From contig OX597823.1 of NCBI GenBank assembly GCA_951406725.2, positions 70,494,001-70,558,000 on the forward strand: a stretch of 64,000 nucleotides of DNA, written 5' to 3'. The position numbers and the translations under genes were made by a program. Origin of the DNA: Octopus vulgaris (taxonomy: Eukaryota). Positions 55,125-64,000 of this stretch are shown here, piece after piece (position 1 is the first letter of the stretch; each line of letters starts with the position of its first letter). Below the pieces are notes generated by a model that worked only from the letters and a program-made list of their open reading frames with translations, ran no database searches and was not told the DNA's origin.

Positions 55125-55539
55125 ATTCGAGACAAAACCACTATTTTGCAAAACAAACAAGGAAAGACTTAATCAATACATAAAAATTTTTAATATAAAG
55201 AAATAAACCGCCACTACAATCGTTTCATGTCTTCAATGACATTCGTCAGGTGGATTTTCGATCTCCTAATCTGTTTTAACTTCATAAATTAAAACAGATT
55301 AGGAGATCGAAAATCCACCTGACGAATGTCATTGAAGACATGAAACGATTGTAGTGGCGGTTTATTTCTTTATATTAAAAATTTTTATGTATTGATTAAG
55401 TCTTTCCTTGTTTGTTTTGCAAAATAGTGGTTTTGTCTCGAATTATATTATATAATATTTTACTATAAAATTGGTTTTAATCCTAAATCTGATTTTTCTC
55501 TGTAAATTTGGATTTATTCCTAATATTTATTATTATTAA

Positions 55540-55545
<6 letters not shown>
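55114..55545 (+). mobile_element. Fold-back HHR element in (TA)n
   Basis: 166-bp arms 55114-55279 and 55289-55454 (no mismatch seen), 9-nt loop, ~90-bp unique 3' extension. Confidence 0.9.
55315..55357 (+). ncRNA. Minimal type I hammerhead ribozyme with intact core (mirror copy at 55211-55253, minus strand)
   Basis: CCAC-CTGACGA-ATGTC.ATTGAA.GACAT-GAAA-C.GATT.G-TA-GTGG; predicted cleavage after GUA at 55353. Confidence 0.85.
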
Positions 55546-55607
<62 letters not shown>

Positions 55608-55613
<6 letters not shown>

Positions 55614-56200
55614 TAGTAATGCAATGGAGGTAAGACAATTTTTTTCAAGTTTGTTGCACTCACGCATTTTTGCTAGTACATACGCGGTGAAGCTATACAT
55701 TAGCGTCGTATTATTACGTTTGCTATTTCCAGTAAATATCGGTACTTCGTTGTGCCATATATTTACATCTTTGTATATTTTTCCCTCACGGGCTATTCTT
55801 TACGGGAAAGCAATACTCTAGTATTGCATTACTAATTTATTGAAACTTCTTCACCGTTCTCGTTCTGTTAGCGTTTCGGCGTTTCAGTCGAGTGTATTGG
55901 CATTAATGTGGTAACATCTGAAATGTTGTCGTGGTATATGTTTGGCTGATGAAGATAGATCAAGTATATGTGTGCAGGCATATCTTGAAAAATCTGAAAC
56001 CGGCGCCGGTCCCACATTATCCTTTTCTAGGTATTTCATCTTTCAGATGTTCTCCCTGGAGGTAAGACAATTTTTTTCAAGTTTGTTGCACTCACGCATT
56101 TTTGCTAGTACATACGCGGTGAAGCTATACATTAGCGTCGTATTATTACGTTCGCTATTTCCAGTAAATATCGGTACTTCGTTGTGCCATATATTTACTT

Positions 56201-56204
<4 letters not shown>
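55608..56204 (+). mobile_element. Retrozyme/pLTR-like element: 432-bp unit with 148-bp terminal direct repeats and an 18-bp inverted 5' tag
   Basis: 55625-55772 matches 56057-56204 (2 mismatches); 55608-55625 is the reverse complement of 55823-55840; (TA)n on both sides. Confidence 0.85.
55938..56017 (+). ncRNA. Type I hammerhead ribozyme with intact core and extended stem II
   Basis: TGG-CTGATGA-AGAT..TCAAG.ATATG/CATAT.CTTGA..ATCT-GAAA-CCGGCGCCGG-TC-CCA; predicted cleavage after GUC at 56011. Confidence 0.85.
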
Positions 56205-56281
<77 letters not shown>

Positions 56282-56559
56282 TAAATATATATATGTATGT
56301 ATGTATGTATTTGTGCGTCTGTGTTTGTCCCCCACCATCGCTTGACAACTGATGTTGATGCGTTTACGTCCCCGTTAACTAGCAGTTCGGCAAAAGAGAT
56401 CGATAGAATAAGTACTAGACTTACAAAGAACAAGTCCTGGGGTCGATTTGTTTGACTAAAAGGCGGTGCTGCAACATAGTCGTAGTCAAATGACCGAAAC
56501 AAGTAAAAGAAATAAAAGAAATCCCATCCAAAATAAAAACATTAAAAAAATGAAAAAAT

Positions 56560-57560
56560 GTCAACTAGATTATTCAAAGTAGCCGCCCTCAGCTTCCACC
56601 ACGCCCTCAAGACGGCTCTTGGAACCTGGTGCAAGTTTTCCTCACCGTGTTCCTGGGAAGATCTTCAAATACCTCCTTGATGGGGGACACTAGCTCGGCC
56701 TTGCAGTTTCAGGCAAAGTGGTTGGTGTCTTTCTCAACTGCGCCCCATGCATAATAATCTATGAGATTACAATTGGGAGTTTTAAAAGGTCTGAAATTGG
56801 GCTGACGAAATCGTAGAAATTCTCCGATAACACCTTCTGAGGCTTTCTGGAATTATGACAAGGAACCTAATCCTGCTGCTACACATATAGCCTACCAACA
56901 GAAATCCTCTCCAGCCAGAGTTTGACCATAGTTTCCATCTACTTCACATCGCCGTCTGAATTGAGTCTAAGGCCCTGTTTAAAGCCGTGGAGTGGCATGA
57001 TGTCATCATTATGGGAGATACACATAAATATCATTACAGTTTAGGAGAACTTGGCTTTCATGATACGTGGGACATCACATAGATTGTAGGCAGGTCACCT
57101 ACAGTTCGTTGTGTTGTGCAACTTGTCCTAGTAGAAACTATTTTCATCTGAGAAGAACCAGATCAGCCTTTGCTCAACAGGATGCCTCAGATTGTTTAGG
57201 TACTTCTTCGCCTTTGTCAAGCGGTTCTCCTTGACCTTGGCTGTCAGAATTTATCCATTGTGTCTCTTATACAAGTGGTAGCAAAGGTCCTCGTTTAGGA
57301 CCAGCTTCATGGTGGCAACTTTAACACTCATCTCTTTCACCAAAGCTCAGAATCCTTTGCTCGAATCTTTCATCACTTTGTCTTGCATTTGAGAAAAATC
57401 CCAACGTGTGGACGCAGTCAGAACACTTGCTGTGTCTCTTCCTGCTGGCTATGGCTTCGAAATTTCCGTTGCAGCTGTCCATGTCATGTCATACAGACTT
57501 TACAGTCTTCGCAGGGCATTGAGCAGCAGTCATGATATCGGGATTTTAATATCCAGCGCG
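56560..57560 (-). mobile_element. Decayed Tc1/mariner-superfamily transposase, related to 28795-29270
   Basis: WFFSDEN...QQD*VPCHNS...PNCNLIDYYAWGAVE. Confidence 0.8.
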
Positions 57561-58119
57561 AATCATCATGATACAAGTAATTCTTTTTCGATATTCAGAT
57601 GGCTTCCAGTCCTCTATGTCGGCAAAGCTTTTCTCAAATACGACTTTAATCTTTACGCCCTCGAAAGCCGTTGACTGTTTACCATAACATCAAGCTGCTT
57701 TGGGTCTTCGTTTTCTTCCAACCACAAATTTTAATCTGAAAATTTTCCCAAAAATGTACTTTGATATATTTCTGTATGCTAATAACGAATAGGGTATTCA
57801 TTATTTTGGAAAATTTGCAACAAAGACGCATTTAAGTTATTTTTAGCCAATGAATTTTAAACCACTGTCTTCACAGTGGAATTCAAAACTGTTTGCTGTC
57901 ATGGCTTCTCCGCTTCATTAATTACTTTGGAGAAAATATCGAGAGTCTGTGATCGTTAGGAGAGGTACTTGGTTGGAAGGGGGAACCCTTCCACTTAGAA
58001 GTTTAATTTTATTTTTCTCTACTGCTGGGTCAAAGAGTTGACCAGTAGGTTTTGTAAGAATGAACTATGGATTGGTGCGACTGTAACAGTTGATTATAAA
58101 AATTATTAACGGGAGTAAC

Positions 58120-58547
58120 TACAAGAAATTAGAAAATAATAGACCGGACATAACAATTATAGAGAAAGAAGAGTGAAGTTGCTTACTGATCGACCCATCA
58201 TGCCTGTTTGATTCCAGGATCGTAAAGAGAGAGGGTGAAAAACAAAAAAATATACAATCCCTTAAAATTGGAAATTGGAAAAATTTGAAGCATGAGAACA
58301 ATAAAGGTCGTGCCTATAATAATTGGTGCGTTTGGAACAGTAAACAAAGATATAGACAAATGCTCGAAGGAGATTGGAACAGAATGCCAGGTAGAGCTCC
58401 TTCAGAAAGTTTCTCTTTTAGGAATAGCTAGGATTATCAGGAGACCGCTAAGCATTTGAAAGACCACTGAATACCTAAGGTTACAGGTAGTGAACCGCTA
58501 GCCACATAAATCCTACTAGGAATAACACAGAACCCTAGTCAAGCCAA
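58120..58547 (+). mobile_element. R4/Dong-like LINE 3' end followed by (AAT)n
   Basis: NNRPDITII...VVPIIIGAFGTV...LLQKVSLLGIARIIRRPLSI*, then a short 3' UTR. Confidence 0.8.
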
Positions 58548-58580
58548 AATAATATTAATAATAGTAATAATAATAATAAA

Positions 58581-59160
58581 TGCCCTGATGTAGTACCAGG
58601 CAGTGGCTCTCATGGCTTCTGATCTTAACTGATTGGAAGTGTTATCATGTACTTTGGTATAAAAGTACAATACCATATAATATCAAGTTTTGGTATAAAA
58701 ATGGGCTACAGCAAATATTCTGCTCAATACCACAGATTTTCTTGCCAGTTACTTAAGCTTGACCAGTTGAGCATGTCCCTTAGTGGCTGACGATACGTGC
58801 ATCTCTAATCACGAGTAGAAGTAGTGGGGGAGCATCATAGCCATGTGTTGAGAGGAATTCTTTGGGGTTTGGATAATTCACCTTTGAAAACGTGGGTATT
58901 CTGTTCATCATCGTTAAACAACCCTTATACAAGGACCTTTTGAGCGGGATGGGCTACACGTCCTGAAGAAAATTCTAACTGGGCCCTACCTGCAAGGTCA
59001 TGTGCTATTTATCTTGATACGAGATCACCATGACGCGCACATATGGTTGTGATGAATGTGCCTGGTGTATCCCTGTCAGGCGAGTAGTCATAATGGGTAT
59101 ACTGGGCTTCGTTTATTTTACTCCAGTGTCACTTTGATGGCATGCACTGCTCTCTCACTC
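58581..59160 (+). mobile_element. Family D, full length, in (AAT)n
   Basis: Begins TGCCCTGATG and ends CTCTCTCACTC(AAT)n; carries a small internal insertion near 58660-58690. Confidence 0.88.
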
Positions 59161-59283
<123 letters not shown>

Positions 59284-59298
59284 AATAATAATAATAAT

Positions 59299-59836
59299 GT
59301 AGGTAGTAACTCTCATGGCTTTTGATCTCAACTGATTGGAAATGTTAGGTGCATGTTTTGTCTTGGTGTAAAAATATGAGCTACGACAAATGTTCTGGTC
59401 AATATCACAGATTTACTTGTCAGTTGCTTGACTTTAACCAGTTGAGCATGTCTCTTAGTGGCTGGCTATATGTGCGTCTCTGGTCATGAGCAGTATTGAG
59501 AGGGCACCATAAACATGTGTGGAGGAATTGTTTGAGGTTTGAATAATTTACCTCTGGAAACATGGGTGTTTCGTTCATCATCCTTAGACAATCCTTATTC
59601 AAGGACCTTTTGGATGGGTTGGGCTACTCGATCTGAAAAAAAATTCTAACAGGGTTCGTTCCAACTGCAAGGTCATGTGATATGCATCTTGATATGAGAT
59701 CACCATGTCACGGATATATGGTTGTGATGCATATGCCTGGTGCACTCTTATCAGACGGGTAGTCATGATGGGTGTAATGGGCTTCGTATATTTGTACCCC
59801 AGTGTCACTTTGATGACATACGCTGCTCGCTCGCTC
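59299..59836 (+). mobile_element. Family D, near full length
   Basis: Homologous to other copies; (AAT)n on both sides. Confidence 0.85.
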
Positions 59837-59944
<108 letters not shown>

Positions 59945-59949
59945 AATTT

Positions 59950-61045
59950 GTTTCTTTCAATTTTGTATCTATTTCTTGACGAGTGTCATCCCGACACCTA
60001 GGGTAAAGAAACAGACTGTGTAGGCCATTAAAATAAGCACACCAGATTGTTTATTTACAAAATCAAATGAAGTTATGAATAGAAAATATTTACACGGGTT
60101 GCACTCGTTCTCACAACGACAACACTCTTTTCAGTACGTATGACCTACCAGTTAAAATAATCTTTTGCACTTCTTACCGGGATGGTAAACAAGGGATCAT
60201 TCTCAAATAATTTTTAATTCTCTTTTTGATCATTCCAAGTGCTCCTACAATTACTGGTATTGTAACCGCCTCGAGATACCGCAGTTTTTCGATTTCAATT
60301 AGCAAGTCTTTATATTGTCTGAACTTGTCAAATTCTTTTTGCGAGATTTTATTGATTGCAAAGAATACTTATGTCGATCAATAAACAGACTTTATTATTT
60401 TGGCCTTTCACAACAATATCCAATATATTAGCTGTGATGGTTCTCATTGTATGTACTGGAGAGTCTCAAAGAATTGCAGCATTTTCTCCCTCAGTTACAA
60501 CCCCAGGGTGGTGTTTATACTTTATAATACCATTTTGTCTTTATAATGCCGACATATTAACTTAACAAATGTAGATATTGGCCATCTCTGTGATGTCTTG
60601 ATTTATACTCTTCTGGTGTTAAAACTTTACATCCAGAGATAAGGTGGTTCACCATTTCAATCTCATCATTACAGAATCGTGACTTTTAATCTACTCCATT
60701 TTCATCACAATGACCTTGTAGTTCCGGGTCAATAAACTTTAGTCTTGAGCAACTTAGATGAAACCTTCGCTCTCTGCTTTTAACCATGAGCTCCGTAGCA
60801 ACTCACGGGAATGCTTCTGATCAACATCAGTTTGTTTGCTACGGGCCACATTTTTGCCATGCAGAGGTTTCTGCTCCCATCCTGCTAGCCAACTATTCAT
60901 ACGATTTCTTCTTTGTCATTAATTTTATCTTCTTTGCAATAGCAGTTGCCGCATGAAATTAATAGCAATTCTTTTGCTCTCCTTCAAGACAGGATAAAGC
61001 TTTTTACGCCTCACGAGATTTTCAACGAGTTTTAGCATCCAGTCT
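59950..61045 (-). mobile_element. R4/Dong-like LINE C-terminal fragment (same family as 42573-43052)
   Basis: WEQKPLHG...LKAESEGFI*VAQD...HLISGCKVLTPEEYKSRH...VCLLID...YKDLLIEIEKL..IPVIVGALGMIKK. Confidence 0.85.
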
Positions 61046-61103
61046 TTAGTTGTTGCTGTTATTTTTGCTGTTGCTGTTATTTTTGCTGTTGCTATTATTA
61101 TTA

Positions 61104-61174
<71 letters not shown>

Positions 61175-61608
61175 GAGTGAGCGAGCAGCGTATGTCATCA
61201 AAGTGACACTGGGGTACAAATATACGAAGCCCATTACACCCATCATGACTACCCGTCTGATAAGAGTGCACCAGGCATATGCATCACAACCATATATGCG
61301 TGACATAGTGATCTCATATCAAGATGCATAGCACATGACCTTTAGTTGGGACGAACCCTGTTAGAATTTTTTTCAGGTCGAGTAGCCCATCCCGCTCAAA
61401 AGGTGCCTGAATAAGGATTGTTTAAGGATGTTGAACAAACCACTCATGTTTCCAAAGGTGAATTATCCAAGTCTCTAAGAGTTCCTTTCAACACACGGCT
61501 ATGATGCTCCCCTACTGCTTCTGCTCATGATCAGAGATGCACATATCGTCAGCCACTAAGAGACATGGTCAACTGGTTAAGGTCAAACAACTGACAAGCA
61601 AATCTGTG
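61175..61608 (-). mobile_element. Family D, 5'-truncated
   Basis: Shared 3' end; ATT/GTT repeats on both sides. Confidence 0.85.
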
Positions 61609-61630
61609 ATTATTGTTGTTGTTGTTGTTG

Positions 61631-61681
<51 letters not shown>

Positions 61682-62044
61682 GCTGCTGAATTTTCAAGTC
61701 ACTCTTCGAAGTAAAGGATTTTTAAAAGATGGAATAGTTTTTATAAAAACTGCTCGGAAAGTCTATCCGTATTCAGACGACAAAAGGAGAAAAAAAAAAT
61801 TCTTTACGTTGCCTGCATACAAAGAAATTGGTTTCAAAACCTTTGAGCCGCACCCTCTCAAAAGAAAACCAGATCTGAATAACTCACTTCACAAACAACA
61901 AATAAATAAAAGAGAATTGTAATTTAATTGTGCAACAAAATATTAATGTTGAGCATGAATAAAAAAAGAAAACATTAATATTTTAACAACCACTTTGAAT
62001 ACCTGATTGAAAATGCTGTCATCATCATCATCATCATCATCATC

Positions 62045-62095
<51 letters not shown>

Positions 62096-62993
62096 AACAA
62101 CAACAACAACAACAGCAGCAGCAGCAGAACCGTCACACACACACGTTCTTTATCAAACGAAAAATATTTCCGCTCTTTCACAATACAACAACAGTTTTGC
62201 TGCTATTTTGAGCAATTCCCGATGTCCAAATATGAAACTCTTTCTCCAAGGAAAGAAGCAGTAAGAACTAGACATGTTTCACGAAACGGCTTCTCTCTGC
62301 TGGCCACTATATATAGAATCAAATAAAGAATAAAAATATTTATAACTGTCTTCAAAAAAAAAAAAAAAAAGAAAAAAATGAAGAAGGATTTCAGCCATCA
62401 TCAAATCCTTATAAGAACAGCTAGAAGAAGCTTTGTTATATGATGTGTGGTGGAAATCGTCTCTCTGGAGAAGGGAAGATTGTATGAATCCGTTTGCATA
62501 ATTTTGATATTGAACGCACAGCCCAAATATAGGCTAAAGGGGTTAAGGCACATATCCACACCGACAGGTATGCTTCAATATTTAGGCCAAAGAGATACAG
62601 GCGGGGTGGTGTAAGTCAAGGGTACCGGCAACGTTTGTGACTTCTGGTTTGTTGAGTATCACAGGACTAGAAGGTGATCAGTGTGTGACAAAGGACGATG
62701 AGTAATTAGGAGGAGTTAGAATGAATTTGCAGGAACTAATGACCTCGAAAGCAATAGGGCCATTCTGGAGCAATGCCTTATTGCAAGAGCAGAACCTTTG
62801 AGAGCCGCTGTAAAAGGTTTAGTTGTTAACCTGTGGAAGCAAGGGACATCTGGAGGTCATTTGCCCTGAAGAACTAGAGAAGGTAAGAAGAAAGGTAAAT
62901 TGTAAAGAGCAAAAGAAGCAACGACAACAACATCAGGTCCAATCTCTGAGACACGTTCTGCTTCATCAGCTGCACAATCAACATGAACAGCAA

Positions 62994-63375
62994 GTGGAGG
63001 CTCAATGGCCCAGTGGTTAGGGCAGCGGACTCGCTGTCGGAGGATCGCGGTTTCGATTCCCAGACCGGGCGTTGTATGTGTTTATTGAGCGAAAACACCT
63101 AAAGCTCCACGATGCTCCGGCAGGGAGTAGTGGCGACCCCTGTTGTACTCTTTCGCCCCAACTTTCTCTCACTCATTCATCCTGTTTCTTGTCCCCGACT
63201 TCCTACGCAACCGCTGAGCCTTGATGCGCATTCATCTATCCGTCGATGATCTCGGTGTCGGGGGTTGACCCGCTTTCTCTTCTGCGGGTCTTACGAATAG
63301 CAAAGGACCACGTTTCGGACTTCTGCCATCTTGCGAGCTCTGGGACGAAGACCGTTCGCTCAACAGCAGTAACAG
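62994..63375 (+). mobile_element. SINE with family B head 1 but an unrelated tail Y
   Basis: The first ~190 bp match family B and then diverge completely; 15-bp TSD CAACATGAACAGCAA at 62979-62993 and 63376-63390. Confidence 0.9.
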
Positions 63376-64000
63376 CAACATGAACAGCAACAGCGGTGTA
63401 TCGCTCTGCTATAACCACCCTTACCACTACACTAATGATTTTCGCTGAAGTAAGGGATACCAGTATTACAAACATTGACAACACTATCACTACCATAATC
63501 ACAACAGCCATTGCTAAATATAGCACTAAATACAATTCAGTTAAACCGATAGACGGGGAATCCTTAATGAGGGCGAGGAAAATTGTATAACAAAACAGCC
63601 AATGCGCATTTTTGTTAGTGTCGAGAAAGTATTATTGTTTACAAATGCACCGTAAGTTGCAGAAACATCAACACCAAGACTGGTTCTATAGTAAACTTGA
63701 CGCATTGACAAGATAGAAATATTCGAGAAGCATACAAAATCACAAAACTTTTGCGTTTCGTGGCAATCGTTTTGAAACAATAGATGTAAGATTTACTTTC
63801 AAAGAAGAGACGCGTACCCACTCTCTCACCTTTTTAAAATATGAACAATGTTTCTTAATTTCTTCCCATATAGAGAGAAGGCTGGCAGAGGTGACATTGA
63901 AAGATGTTCTGCCAGAAATAGACATATGGGGGCTGATAGTGACATAGTAGGTGATGATGAAGAGATCATTCCAACACACAGAAAAGCTTCACCAGAAGAG

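Larger units (their letters stand above)
54963..56510 (+). mobile_element. SINE family A split by ~1.2 kb of insertions in its internal (TA)n
   Basis: Head at 54963-55090 and 3' half at ~56295-56510 are collinear with intact copies. Confidence 0.85.

Noticed and set aside
63236-63979. Possible VGAT 5' exon or membrane-protein ORFs near the window end
   Set aside because: No VGAT motif; the hydrophobic ORF derives from low-complexity and SINE sequence.

Overview
AT-rich, microsatellite-dense animal genomic DNA. The SINE and LINE content suggests a coleoid cephalopod (Octopus-like); that assignment is an inference. There are two host genes, arranged convergently. The first is the last coding exon of a probable MAPK15/ERK7 gene (+, 210-395, absent from the ORF track). 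The second is two coding exons of a vesicular GABA/glycine transporter, VGAT/SLC32A1 (-, 30144-29945 and 24817-23803). I did not find its 5' exon, so 30145-64000 is probably one intron of more than 33 kb. The rest is mostly decayed transposons: RTE, CR1, Tx1-like, R4/Dong-like, Penelope-like (PLE), Helitron, mariner and Tc1-like elements, three modular SINE families and MITEs. The most notable signals are: (1) small non-coding elements carrying hammerhead ribozyme (HHR) motifs, mostly in (TA)n tracts and often with a fold-back (inverted) end, including two motifs with intact cores at 55315-55357 and 55938-56017, the latter in a 432-bp retrozyme-like repeat unit; (2) a ~550-bp non-coding retroposon found 8 times, always in (AAT)n, near R4/Dong-like LINE relics; (3) SINEs with visibly swapped heads and tails, each bounded by target-site duplications (TSDs). 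All alignments and translations were read by eye; no database searches were run.
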